Source of the DNA: Deinococcus radiodurans R1 = ATCC 13939 = DSM 20539 | GTDB taxonomy: Bacteria > Deinococcota > Deinococci > Deinococcales > Deinococcaceae | Length of the DNA: 23,114 nucleotides | Reading direction: 5' to 3' | Assembly: GCF_000008565.1 (NCBI RefSeq) | Contig: NC_001263.1 | Span: 974,445-997,558, forward strand | Shown: piece after piece, positions 1 through 14,230 of the stretch | Layout of the letters: each line of letters begins with the position of its first letter | How positions within the stretch are numbered: position 1 is the first letter of the stretch | The notes under the pieces: model-generated | Databases searched by the model: none | What the model saw: only the letters and a program-made list of their open reading frames with translations | What the model was told of the DNA's origin: nothing | Made by a program: the position numbers and the translations under genes

Positions 1-653
1 TGACGCGGCAGCCCCAGCCGGGCGGTCAGTTCGGGGGTCTGGCCCTGCTCCATGAAGTCCAGAAAGACCTGCGGGTCGCGCCCGTAAATCTTGTCGCCGA
101 CCATCGGCAGCCCGAGATGCGCGAGGTGGGCCCGAATCTGGTGCAGCCGCCCCGAGCGCGGGTAACACTCGATGAGCGCGTGCCCGGCGCGGCGGCCCAC
201 CACCCGGAAATCGGTGACGGCGGGCTTACCGTCCGGCACGACGGCCTGCCGAATCTGGATTTTGTTGGCCCCGCCGAGGCCGAGGTCGCCGAGCGGCGCG
301 TCGAGCGTCCGGCGGTCCCACTCCGGCTCGCCGTGCACGATGGCGAGGTAGGTTTTGCCAACGAGATGCGTCTTGAACAGGGTGAAAAAGGTGCGGGCGG
401 CGTCGCTGTCGCGCGTGAGCAGTTGCGCCCCGCTCGTTTCGCGGTCGAGGCGGTGCGGCGGCGCAAGGTCCGTTTCGCCCGTTTCCGCCTGCATGAAGGT
501 CAGCAGGTCCGGCACGTCCACCCGCGCCCGCACCGGGTGGGTCAGCCACAGCGCGGGCTTGTGGACCACGTAGAAATCGGGGTGCTCCACGATGATGCGC
601 GGCTTCTCGGTGGGCGGCAGCAGGGGCGCGCGGGTGGTCACAGCTCCCATCAT
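1..653 (-). CDS. RluA-family pseudouridine synthase; the 3' end runs off the left edge of the window
   Basis: Absent from the ORF track because this frame has no stop inside the window. My minus-strand translation gives [33 protein letters not shown]...[15 protein letters not shown]...[10 protein letters not shown]...[24 protein letters not shown]. This contains the HRLDxxTSG catalytic-Asp motif and the HQIR motif of RluA/RluD enzymes. The ATG at 653 (or 650) overlaps the stop of the upstream gene. Confidence 0.85.
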   Translation of the reverse strand, partial: MMGAVTTRAPLLPPTEKPRIIVEHPDFYVVHKPALWLTHPVRARVDVPDLLTFMQAETGETDLAPPHRLDRETSGAQLLTRDSDAARTFFTLFKTHLVGKTYLAIVHGEPEWDRRTLDAPLGDLGLGGANKIQIRQAVVPDGKPAVTDFRVVGRRAGHALIECYPRSGRLHQIRAHLAHLGLPMVGDKIYGRDPQVFLDFMEQGQTPELTARLGLPR

Positions 654-1246
654 CACAGCTCCCACACGCTCCGGTAGTCACGGCCCTTGAGTCGCCCGGC
701 GAGGTCCACGCCGCGCTCCACCGTGCGTGTCAGCCGCTCCCGCAGCCACTCGCCCGGCACTTCCGGCGCGTCCCAGTGGGCCGAGGTCGCGTAGACGAAA
801 TGCGGGTTCACCACGCACTTGAAATCCACCATCAGCCCAAAGGCGAGCGCTCCGTGGCTGAGGTAGCCCTCCGGCAGTCCGCCCGAAATCAAGAAGGTCA
901 CCGGCTGGTCGAACCACGCACCGTACAGCCCGCGCTCGGCGTCGGAACTGCCCGTGAGTTCAATCAGCGCCTTCGTGCCCGACCCCAGCCCCCAGTTGTA
1001 GACCGGCGCCGCCAGAAAAATGCCGTCGGCCCCAGCAATCGCGTCGTAGTACGTCCCCGCGTTGGGGTGCTCGTAGCAGCCGCCCGGCCCCTGCACGTTG
1101 TCGAACGGCCCCAGCGGCGTCTCCCGCAGGTCGAGGTGCGTCACGCGGTGCCCGGCCTCCCGCAACTGCCGCGCGGTCAGCGCTGCCAGCCACGCCGAGC
1201 GACTCTCCGGGTCGAGGCTGGTCGAAAGAACGGTGAGCGAAAGCAT
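653..1246 (-). CDS. NADPH-dependent FMN reductase-like (flavodoxin-fold) oxidoreductase
   Basis: Track ORF 653..1363. The first 39 codons are low-complexity (PPPPPS) and overlap an intergenic repeat, so I start at the internal Met ([17 protein letters not shown]...). The [21 protein letters not shown] segment resembles the FMN reductase family motif. The exact start is uncertain. Confidence 0.7.
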   Translation of the reverse strand: MLSLTVLSTSLDPESRSAWLAALTARQLREAGHRVTHLDLRETPLGPFDNVQGPGGCYEHPNAGTYYDAIAGADGIFLAAPVYNWGLGSGTKALIELTGSSDAERGLYGAWFDQPVTFLISGGLPEGYLSHGALAFGLMVDFKCVVNPHFVYATSAHWDAPEVPGEWLRERLTRTVERGVDLAGRLKGRDYRSVWEL

Positions 1247-1289
1247 GAGGGGGAGTGTAGAGGGTGGGGGAGGAGGTGCGGTTGAAAGC

Positions 1290-1366
1290 GACCCCTCACC
1301 CCTTGCCTGCGGCAAGGCCCTCTGCTTCGCAGCTCTTCGAGTCTCCTCTTGGTAGAGGGTCAAAAG
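1290..1366. repeat. Palindromic small intergenic repeat, copy A (Deinococcus SNR/SRE-like)
   Basis: CCCCTCACCCCTTGCCTGCGGCAAGGCCCTCT ... GGTAGAGGGTCAAAA. Both modules recur at 11764..11817. It contains the internal hairpin CCTTGCC/GGCAAGG and inverted CCCTCT/AGAGGG arms. Confidence 0.5.
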
Positions 1367-1415
1367 ATGCTTTGGCTATGGCTCTTACTTACGTTGCCTA
1401 CCCGAAAAATCGTGA

Positions 1416-2747
<1,332 letters not shown>

Positions 2748-2813
2748 GCGGGCGCCACTCGCTAAGCCAGGTGGCGTACTCCGCCCGGCGGGCACACGCC
2801 CTATCGTGAAGGG

Positions 2814-4343
2814 GTGAGCGACAATTCAGAGCCGCCCCGTGTGGACGCCCAGGTGGACGTTCAGGTTCCTTTTCCGCGTGACCCGCAGCCCGGCGACGAC
2901 CGCAAGCCGCGTGACCGGGTGACCGTGACCCGCCACGCGGTGAGGGTGGGCGGTCAGGAACTGCGCTACACCGTCACGGCGGGCACGCTGGTGCTCGGCG
3001 AGGAATCGCTGGACAAGGACGGCAAGTCCGAGGGTTGTAAGCCCCGCGCCGAGATGTTTTTCACTGCCTACGCGCTCGACGGGGCAGAGGGGGAGCCGCG
3101 TGACCCCCGGCAGCGCCCGCTGACCTTCAGTTTCAACGGGGGGCCGGGCAGTTCCTCGGTGTGGCTGCACCTCGGGCTGCTCGGGCCGCGCCGGGTGGTG
3201 ATGGGTGACGCCGGGGCACTGACCGGGCCGCCCTACGCCCTCACCGACAACGAGTACACGCTGCTCACCCACAGCGACCTCGTGTTCATTGACCCCGTAA
3301 CCACCGGCTATTCCCGCGCCGCCGAGGGCGAAAAGCCCGGCGACTTTCACGGCTTTCAGGCCGACGTGGAATCGGTGGGCGATTTCATTCGCCTGTGGAC
3401 CAGCCGGGCCGGGCGCTGGCTGAGTCCTAAGTTCCTGATAGGCGAAAGCTACGGCACGCTGCGGGCGGCGGCGCTGAGCGGGTATTTGCAGGAGCGGCAC
3501 GGCCTGTTTCTGAACGGCGTGATGCTGGTGAGCAGTATTCTGGACTACGCGACGGTGGACACCTCGCCGGGGCACGACCTCGCCTACGTGCTGCACCTGC
3601 CCACCTACGCGGCGACGGCCTGGTATCACGGCCTGCTCGGAGAGCGCCCGCTGGCCGACGTGCTGCGCCAGGCCGAGGCCTTTGCCGACGGGGACTATGC
3701 TCTGGCCCTGCACCGGGGCCGTCGCCTGAGTGACGAGGAGCGCCAGAGTGTCGCCACTCGCTACGCCGCGCTGACCGGCCTGAGCGCCGACTACGTGCTG
3801 CGCTGCGACCTGCGCGTGCCGCTTCACCGCTTCCGCAAGGAACTGCTGCGTGGCCAGGGCCTGACGGTGGGCCGCCTCGACACCCGGTTCATCGGCCTGG
3901 ACCGCGACCACGCCGGCGAGGACACCGAGTACGACCCCAGCATGAGCGCCATCATGGGGCCGTACACCGCCGCCATGAACCACTATGTCCGCGCCGAGCT
4001 GGGCTACGCCAGTGACCTGCCCTACGAGGTGCTGACGGGCCGGGTACGCCCCTGGAGCTTCCGCGAGTTCGAGAACCAGCACGTCCGGGTGTCCGACACG
4101 CTGCGCGAAGCCATGCACCAGAACCCGCACCTCAAGGTCTATGTCGGCTCGGGCTACTTCGACGCCGCCACGCCGTATCACGCGACCCGCCACACCTTCG
4201 ACCACCTGCAACTCGCCCCCAGCCTGCGCGGCAATATCCGCGAAATGTTCTATGAGTCGGGGCACATGATGTACGTGCACCTGCCGAGCCTCGCGCTGCA
4301 AAAACAGCATCTGGCCGAGTTTATCGAGTGGGCGAAGGGATAA
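2814..4343 (+). CDS. Peptidase S10 family serine carboxypeptidase
   Basis: 509-aa ORF with a GTG start preceded by GAAGGGG. It carries the S10 signatures FNGGPGSSSVW and the nucleophile motif GESYG. Confidence 0.85.
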   Translation: MSDNSEPPRVDAQVDVQVPFPRDPQPGDDRKPRDRVTVTRHAVRVGGQELRYTVTAGTLVLGEESLDKDGKSEGCKPRAEMFFTAYALDGAEGEPRDPRQRPLTFSFNGGPGSSSVWLHLGLLGPRRVVMGDAGALTGPPYALTDNEYTLLTHSDLVFIDPVTTGYSRAAEGEKPGDFHGFQADVESVGDFIRLWTSRAGRWLSPKFLIGESYGTLRAAALSGYLQERHGLFLNGVMLVSSILDYATVDTSPGHDLAYVLHLPTYAATAWYHGLLGERPLADVLRQAEAFADGDYALALHRGRRLSDEERQSVATRYAALTGLSADYVLRCDLRVPLHRFRKELLRGQGLTVGRLDTRFIGLDRDHAGEDTEYDPSMSAIMGPYTAAMNHYVRAELGYASDLPYEVLTGRVRPWSFREFENQHVRVSDTLREAMHQNPHLKVYVGSGYFDAATPYHATRHTFDHLQLAPSLRGNIREMFYESGHMMYVHLPSLALQKQHLAEFIEWAKG

Positions 4344-4481
4344 GACCGTCTGCGATGGAATCCCCCTGGGCTTGGGGGTTCCATCCAAACGGAGTGAGCA
4401 GCAGTCCCTACGGGTTTCGGAAAATGGACCCGCAGCCGGTGCCGTCCCGGCTGTGGGGGAAGGGGACGAAAGCCGTAGAAG

Positions 4482-6071
4482 TCAGACCGGCGCCGCCCGC
4501 CCCAGAATCAGGTCGGCGGCCTTTTCCGCCACCATGATGGTCGGGGCGTTCGTGTTGCCGCGCGGAACGGTGGGCATTACGCTCGCGTCGGCAATCCACA
4601 GGCCGTCCACGCCGCGCACCCGCAGGTCGTCGCCCACCACCGCGAAGTCGTCGTGGCCCATGCGGCAGGTGCCGACCGGGTGGTAGATGGTCATGGCGTG
4701 CTCGCGCACATGCTCGGTCAGGGCGGCGCGGTCTGTGGCCCCCGCGCCCGGCAGGAACTCGGCCCGGCGGTAAGAGGTGAGCGCCGCCGTATCCGCCACT
4801 TCCCGCGCCAGTTCGATGCCGCGCAGCAGCACGTCGAGGTCACGCGAGTCCGAAAGGTAATTCGGCTCGATGAGAGGCCGCGCCAGCGGGTCGGCGCTCG
4901 CCAGCCGAATCTGGCCCCGGCTGTGCGGTTGCAGCAGCGTGGGCAGCAGCGTGAAGTGGTGCCCACGCGCCAGCGGCTTGCCAAATTCCAGGAAGAGCGC
5001 TGCGCCGTGGTGAAATTGCAGGTCCGGGGCGGCGAGGTCCGGCGAGGTCCGCAGGAAGCCGCCCGTCTCGGCCACGTTGCTCACCAGCAGGCCGCGCCGT
5101 TCCTGCTCGTACTCGCTGAGGTGCGGTTCGCGCAGGGGGCTGCGCAGGCCCGGCGTGTCGGTTTCGAACACCACCGGGACAATCAGATGGTCTTGCAGGT
5201 TCTGCCCCACACCCGGTAGGTCGCACTGCACCTCCACGCCCGCTGCTCGCAGTTCGTCCGCCGGGCCGATGCCCGAGAGCAGCAGCAGGTGCGGACTCGT
5301 CACGGCGCCCGCCGTCAGGATGACGCCGCCTTCCGCGTGCAGTTCGTGTTCCGCGCCCGCTTCGTCGCGGTAGGCGACCCCCACCGCCCGGCCCCCGCGC
5401 AGCAGCAGGCGGGTGACGTGGGCGCCGGTCGTGACCTGCAACTCGCCCGGCCCCTCCAGCGCCAGCGCAGGCCGCAGGTAGGCCGCTGCCGTGGAATGGC
5501 GCTCGCCGCCCTTCATGGTGACCTGATAGCGCCCGAAGCCTTCTTGCTGCGCCGCGTTGAAGTCGTCGTTGCGTGGATAACCGAGTTCGGCAAAGCCGTC
5601 GGTCAGCGCGTCGCAGATGGGGTGGGTGTAGCGGCGATGCTCCACATGCAGCGGGCCGCCCGCGCCGTGAAAGGCGTCGGGGCCGTCCTCGAAGTCCTCG
5701 CTGCGTTTGAAGTACGGCAGCACCTCGTCGTAGCTCCAGCCCCGGTTGCCCGCCGCTGCCCAGCCGTCGTAGTCGGCGCGGTGCCCGCGAATGTAGATCA
5801 TGGCGTTGATGGAGCTGCTGCCGCCCAGCACCTTGCCGCGCGGCCAGAACAGCCGCCGCCCGTTCAGTTCCGCTTGCGGCTCGGTCTGGTACGCCCAGTC
5901 CACCTCGCTGCCGAACAGCCGCCCGAACGCCACCGGAATCTGGATGTGGGGGTGGGTGTCGGGGCCGCCCGCTTCGAGCAGGTGCACCCGCCGCCCGGCC
6001 TCCCGCAGCCGCGCCGCCGCCGCGCAGCCGCCCGACCCGGCGCCGACGACAATGAATTCTGTGCCGCTCAT
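4482..6071 (-). CDS. GMC family FAD oxidoreductase (choline dehydrogenase-like)
   Basis: Track ORF 4482..6170, with the start placed at the internal ATG at 6071 (MSGTEFIVVGAGSGGCAAAARL, an FAD GxGxxG motif). GMC signatures are GGSSSINAMIY, YHPVGTCRMG and ADASVMP. Confidence 0.9.
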   Translation of the reverse strand: MSGTEFIVVGAGSGGCAAAARLREAGRRVHLLEAGGPDTHPHIQIPVAFGRLFGSEVDWAYQTEPQAELNGRRLFWPRGKVLGGSSSINAMIYIRGHRADYDGWAAAGNRGWSYDEVLPYFKRSEDFEDGPDAFHGAGGPLHVEHRRYTHPICDALTDGFAELGYPRNDDFNAAQQEGFGRYQVTMKGGERHSTAAAYLRPALALEGPGELQVTTGAHVTRLLLRGGRAVGVAYRDEAGAEHELHAEGGVILTAGAVTSPHLLLLSGIGPADELRAAGVEVQCDLPGVGQNLQDHLIVPVVFETDTPGLRSPLREPHLSEYEQERRGLLVSNVAETGGFLRTSPDLAAPDLQFHHGAALFLEFGKPLARGHHFTLLPTLLQPHSRGQIRLASADPLARPLIEPNYLSDSRDLDVLLRGIELAREVADTAALTSYRRAEFLPGAGATDRAALTEHVREHAMTIYHPVGTCRMGHDDFAVVGDDLRVRGVDGLWIADASVMPTVPRGNTNAPTIMVAEKAADLILGRAAPV

Positions 6072-6253
6072 GCGGCCCGCCCATGCAGATGAAGTTTCAA
6101 GGTGCGTCCAGCATAGGTGAGGTGGGGGAGAGGGGAGTGGCGTTTGTTGGACAGGCGGGAGGAGGAGCACTGGGAAAGGCCCGCGAACGCCTAGCCCGCT
6201 TGCATTTGCCCCGGTCCCGGCGCGTTATTCTGCCCTCTGTCGCGCCCCCCCGT

Positions 6254-6373
6254 GCGCGGTCATCCAGAGTCGCCCCAGGGTGTTTCCTGCCCGCCTACGG
6301 CGCAGCAACCGGCCTTCATCACGGTCACGGTGCTTTCAGGAAAGGGCCGTTTAGGTGCGCCGACGATGGCGCG
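6254..6373 (+). promoter_or_regulatory. Candidate SAM-I/IV-like (S-box) riboswitch aptamer in the metH leader
   Basis: 5' GCGCGGUCAUC (6254-6264) can pair with GAUGGCGCG (6365-6373) as P1. Next come the conserved-looking AGAG (6266-6269), a CGCC/GGCG helix (6271-6274 with 6299-6302) enclosing CAGG..CCUG, GCAACC (6305-6310), an ACCG/CGGU helix (6308-6311 with 6328-6331), and GGUGC (6329-6333). The K-turn and P4 are poor matches. This is eyeball only, with no covariance model run. Confidence 0.35.
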
Positions 6374-6410
6374 AGCGGCCCGATGCCCGCCAGGAGGTGC
6401 ATTTCCAACC

Positions 6411-10187
<3,777 letters not shown>

Positions 10188-10244
10188 AGGCCACCCTGCC
10201 ACTCGGGGGCGGCGTTGCCCCCACGCAAGGTGTACCCTGCGGCC

Positions 10245-10868
10245 ATGAAAAAGTGGATGGTGCTGGTGGCCTGTTTCAGCGGCCTGGCGGGAGCGTCGCG
10301 GGTCGTGATGGACACCCGGCTCTCTCCTCAGCCCACTTACGTCTCCGACGCCCAGACCACGCGGGTGCTGCGCGACACCTTCGCGCCCGGAAACGTGCCG
10401 GGGTGCCGCGACGCGCGGGTGACGGACGAGACACCGGGCGCTTTTACCCGTCGCGGAGCGCGGCAAACGGCCTACCTCGTCCACGTCTGCGGCAACAGCC
10501 GGCTGGTCATCTACGAGGGAGGGCGCATCGTCAAGTCGCTGAGCAATATCGGCGACGCCATCGGCAACATCGGGGACATCAATGGGGACGGCGTGGACGA
10601 CCTGTTGTTTCTGGCGAAGTTCTATGGGCATGGCTCGAACACTGTGCAGGACGCCAGCCTGGTGACTTTGGCGGGCGGCAAATTCCGCACGCTGTTCGAT
10701 TTGCCCGAAGCCGCCGTCGACGAGTGCAGCAGTGCCAATGCTTACACCCTGGCTTACCGGGTCACGGTGCAACCGGGGACACGACCGGTGTTGACGCTCA
10801 ATCACTATCAGGGCGACTGTGTGGCCGGCGCCCGGCTGTTCGAAACCAAGACGGTCACGCTTCACTAA
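10245..10868 (+). CDS. Secreted or lipoprotein-like hypothetical protein with an FG-GAP/Ca-binding-like motif
   Basis: Track ORF 10215..10868, with the start moved to MKKWMVLVACFSGLAGA (a signal peptide, possibly with lipobox LVAC). The DINGDGVDDLLF motif resembles FG-GAP/DxDxDG loops. No confident family assignment. Confidence 0.6.
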   Translation: MKKWMVLVACFSGLAGASRVVMDTRLSPQPTYVSDAQTTRVLRDTFAPGNVPGCRDARVTDETPGAFTRRGARQTAYLVHVCGNSRLVIYEGGRIVKSLSNIGDAIGNIGDINGDGVDDLLFLAKFYGHGSNTVQDASLVTLAGGKFRTLFDLPEAAVDECSSANAYTLAYRVTVQPGTRPVLTLNHYQGDCVAGARLFETKTVTLH

Positions 10869-10942
10869 GACAGGGGACACCTCAGCGCCGTTCGGCTGAA
10901 GTAAGCCAGCTCAGGTTTGATGGGGACGGGGGCACAGCTAGC

Positions 10943-10979
10943 GGTACACTCCTCAACTTGACGGGCACTGGAGTGTACC
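10943..10979 (+). promoter_or_regulatory. Perfect 10-bp stem-loop covering the SD-like GGAG immediately upstream of the metF-like start
   Basis: GGTACACTCC (10943-10952) and GGAGTGTACC (10970-10979) are exact reverse complements separated by 17 nt. The stem ends 1 nt before ATG 10981. Confidence 0.5.
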
Positions 10980-10980
10980 A

Positions 10981-11721
10981 ATGACTCGCATTTCCCTCGA
11001 ACTCGTGCCGCGCTCGCGCTCCAAGCTGCGCGCCGAACTCGCGCTGGTCGCCGAGCAGTTTCCCGGCGTGGACACGGTCAACATCCCCGACCTGACGCGC
11101 TTTTCCACCCGCTCGTGGGAGGGCTGCGCCTTCGCCCCGGCCCCCTTGCGGGCCATTCCCCACGTCCGGGCGATTGACCTCAACCCGCGTGAGCCCCTGC
11201 CGATGACCGGGGCGTTTCTGGCACACGGGATTCAGGAGGTGCTGGTCGTGACCGGCGACGCCCCGGCGGATATGTCGCACCGGGTCTACAACGTGGACGC
11301 CGAGCAGGCCATTCGCCGTTTCCGGGCCGAGCTGCCGCACGTCAAGGTGTACGCGGGCCTCGACCCCTACCGCCAGAGCTTCGCCGCCGAGCGCGACTAT
11401 CTGGAGCGCAAGCTCGACGCCGGAGCCGCCGGGTTTTTCACCCAGCCGTTTTTCGACATGCGGCTGGTCGAGGCTTACGCCGACATCGTGCCGGAGGGCG
11501 CCGAGGTCTGGTGGGGTGCGACCACCGTCACCGAGGAAGGCAGCCTGAACTACTGGCAGACCCGCAACCGCGCCGTGTTTCCGCGTTCCTTCGAGCTGAC
11601 GATGGACTGGGACCGCCAGTTCGCCGCCCAGCTTCTGGGGTTCGCCCGCGAGCGCGGCCAGCACGCCTATTTCATGCCGGTGAAGACGAGCGTGGAGGCG
11701 TACCTGAGCGGGATTCTTTAA
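10981..11721 (+). CDS. Methylenetetrahydrofolate reductase-like protein (short MetF-like, 246 aa)
   Basis: N-terminal ISLELVPRSRS resembles MetF SFEFFPPRT. VLVVTGDAP resembles the ALRGD motif, and GFFTQPFFD resembles the TQ(F/L)FFD motif. It is clustered with metH. Confidence 0.8.
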   Translation: MTRISLELVPRSRSKLRAELALVAEQFPGVDTVNIPDLTRFSTRSWEGCAFAPAPLRAIPHVRAIDLNPREPLPMTGAFLAHGIQEVLVVTGDAPADMSHRVYNVDAEQAIRRFRAELPHVKVYAGLDPYRQSFAAERDYLERKLDAGAAGFFTQPFFDMRLVEAYADIVPEGAEVWWGATTVTEEGSLNYWQTRNRAVFPRSFELTMDWDRQFAAQLLGFARERGQHAYFMPVKTSVEAYLSGIL

Positions 11722-11763
11722 AGCATTTGATGGAGTGAGGTTTCATTGGCGTTGGTCTCGACG

Positions 11764-11817
11764 CCCCCTCACCCCTTGCTGCGCAAGGCCCTCTCCCACA
11801 AGGGTAGAGGGTCAAAA
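11764..11817. repeat. Palindromic small intergenic repeat, copy B
   Basis: CCCCCTCACCCCTTGCTGCGCAAGGCCCTCTCCCACAAGGGTAGAGGGTCAAAAA. It shares the roughly 33-bp 5' module and roughly 15-bp 3' module with 1290..1366 but lacks about 20 bp of the internal segment. Confidence 0.5.
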
Positions 11818-11828
11818 ACAGATAAGGA

Positions 11829-11857
11829 AAGGCAGAAACCGCTCGGGCTTCTGCCTT
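11829..11857 (-). terminator. Stem-loop between convergent genes; probable terminator of the 11877..13163 gene
   Basis: AAGGCAGAA / TTCTGCCTT form a perfect 9-bp stem with an 11-nt loop. On the minus strand it is followed by the T-rich TCCTTATCTGTTTTTG. Confidence 0.6.
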
Positions 11858-11876
11858 GTCTATCAACTCCTAACTA

Positions 11877-13163
11877 TCAACCGTTGTCCACAATCACCGT
11901 AAAGCTCCGGCTGACCTTGCCCCCGGCGGGCACGTCCACCTTCAGCGTCGCAGTGCCCTGGTTCTGCACGGGCGCGGCGCTGTCGATGATGACGCGGCGC
12001 CCGCCCACCCGCTCAGTGATTTCGGCCCGGACGGCGCGGGTCTTGCTGCTCTCGAAGGCGTAGGTGACCTTGTAGGTCGTCTTGGTCACGTTGCCCTTGT
12101 CGTTCTTGACCTGGGTGACGGTCTGCACCGTGCGGGTGTAATGCACGTCGGGGTCGTCGCCCAGGCTGAATTCGACTTTGCCCCCCTTGCGGGTATCGCT
12201 GATGTTCGTCTGCCCCACGATGCGGCCTTCCTCGCGCACGGTGATGGGTCCAGCGGGCAGGCGGTCGTCCGCCGTGAAGCGGTAAAAACGGTTGAGAGTG
12301 CCGTCCTGGGTGCCGGTGTTGAAGTAAGTCTCCAGGCCCACGTAGCGCTCGAAATTGGTCAGCTTGGGCGTCAGGAAAGGCAGCGTCACCACACTGTTGG
12401 CGGGCAGCGTGAAGGCGCTGCTGAGCGTGTATTTGTACAGCCCGCGCAGGTCGCCGCCGCTCTGAATCTTGGGCGCGGGGGCAGCAGCTACCTCACTACG
12501 TGCCGCAAAGCCCATAGCAACGGGCGTCGGGTAGCTGTCGCCCTGCACGTTCACGTCCCCGGCGTACAGCTCGGTGTTTTTCACGTCGTAGGGCTGATCG
12601 GTGGTGTTGCGGATGTCGGCCAGTGCGGAGAGTTGTGCCCCCGCGTCGCTGGCTTTCAGTGTGTAGCGCGGCGTCCAGCTCACCGAACGGGTCAGGTAAC
12701 TCAGGGTGCCGCTGCCCGGCGCCTTCAGGTCGAACACCAGCGTCCGCGAAGGGCTCAGCGGGTTGGCGGGGGGCAACACGTCGAATTGCAGGTCCTCGTA
12801 CCGCACGGTGAAGTATTTGCCGCCCGCGTCCTTTACCAGCAGGTCACGGGCGCGCACCAGCGTCACCGGCTCGGTCTTGCCGCCGTCGCGCTTGAGGTAC
12901 ACCGTTTTGCCTTCCAGGCCGCTCAGCCAGTTGGCCTCCAGCTTCTGCACGGCGCTGTTAAAGCTCAGGCCTTCGAGGTCCAGGCTGCCCTGAATCACGC
13001 CGTCCCAGGCTTCCTGCGGCAGCGCGACGGTCAGCGTGTTGCTGCCGCTGCTCACGCTCTCGCGCACTTCGGTAAAGCTAGGGTAGATGCGGATATCGGT
13101 GGCTGCCGCGTGGGACAGCAGAGCGCCGCCTAAAGCCAGTGCAAGAGGAAACAGTTTTTTCAT
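11877..13163 (-). CDS. Secreted hypothetical protein, DUF4139/MuiA-like (tentative family)
   Basis: 428-aa ORF with signal peptide MKKLFPLALALGGALLSHAAA. The segment VSWTPRYTLKASDAGAQLSALADIRNTTDQPYDVKNTEL resembles the conserved core of DUF4139 proteins. The family call is from memory only. Confidence 0.6.
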   Translation of the reverse strand: MKKLFPLALALGGALLSHAAATDIRIYPSFTEVRESVSSGSNTLTVALPQEAWDGVIQGSLDLEGLSFNSAVQKLEANWLSGLEGKTVYLKRDGGKTEPVTLVRARDLLVKDAGGKYFTVRYEDLQFDVLPPANPLSPSRTLVFDLKAPGSGTLSYLTRSVSWTPRYTLKASDAGAQLSALADIRNTTDQPYDVKNTELYAGDVNVQGDSYPTPVAMGFAARSEVAAAPAPKIQSGGDLRGLYKYTLSSAFTLPANSVVTLPFLTPKLTNFERYVGLETYFNTGTQDGTLNRFYRFTADDRLPAGPITVREEGRIVGQTNISDTRKGGKVEFSLGDDPDVHYTRTVQTVTQVKNDKGNVTKTTYKVTYAFESSKTRAVRAEITERVGGRRVIIDSAAPVQNQGTATLKVDVPAGGKVSRSFTVIVDNG

Positions 13164-13232
13164 TCGACCATCGTGCGCCGCTCACGTTTGCAAGGGATGA
13201 GACAGGGGGTCAGAAAGGCGTCAAGCGGCTAC

Positions 13233-13260
13233 AAAAAAAAGCTCCCCACCGTGGGGGAGC
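13233..13260 (-). terminator. Rho-independent terminator of etfBA
   Basis: On the minus strand, GCTCCCC-CACGGT-GGGGAGC forms a 7-bp GC stem followed directly by T8 (plus-strand A8 at 13233-13240). It lies 17 nt downstream of the etfA stop. Confidence 0.85.
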
Positions 13261-13276
13261 CGGGAAGAGGAAAAGC

Positions 13277-14229
<953 letters not shown>

Positions 14230-14230
<1 letters not shown>

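Noticed and set aside
633-665. A 12-bp direct duplication, TGGGAGCTGTGA-TGA-TGGGAGCTGTGA (minus strand), at the FMN-reductase stop / pseudouridine synthase start junction.
   Set aside because: It is short and present only once. It is most simply a small slippage duplication creating the TGATGATG stop/start overlap (translational coupling). There is no evidence of a wider repeat or a regulatory role.
2826-4388. A 520-aa minus-strand ORF.
   Set aside because: It is antisense to the S10 peptidase gene, whose GGPGSSS and GESYG motifs identify the true frame. This is a high-GC artefact.
4344-4481. Hairpins between the convergent peptidase and GMC genes (GGAATCCCCC..GGGGGTTCC at about 4356-4381; CAGCCGG-N7-CCGGCTG at 4433-4453).
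   Set aside because: Neither is followed by a T-run on either strand, and one stem is imperfect. They may be Rho-dependent or structural 3' ends, but I cannot support a terminator call.
4840-6092. Alternative-frame ORFs within the GMC oxidoreductase locus (4840..6084 minus strand, 5289..6092 plus strand), and similar ones elsewhere (117..677, 226..681, 2081..2809, 12141..13133, 13139..14377, 16879..18394, 18941..20299).
   Set aside because: All overlap genes with strong family motifs in another frame or strand, and all have the Arg/Pro/Ala/Gly bias of off-frame translation of GC-rich DNA.
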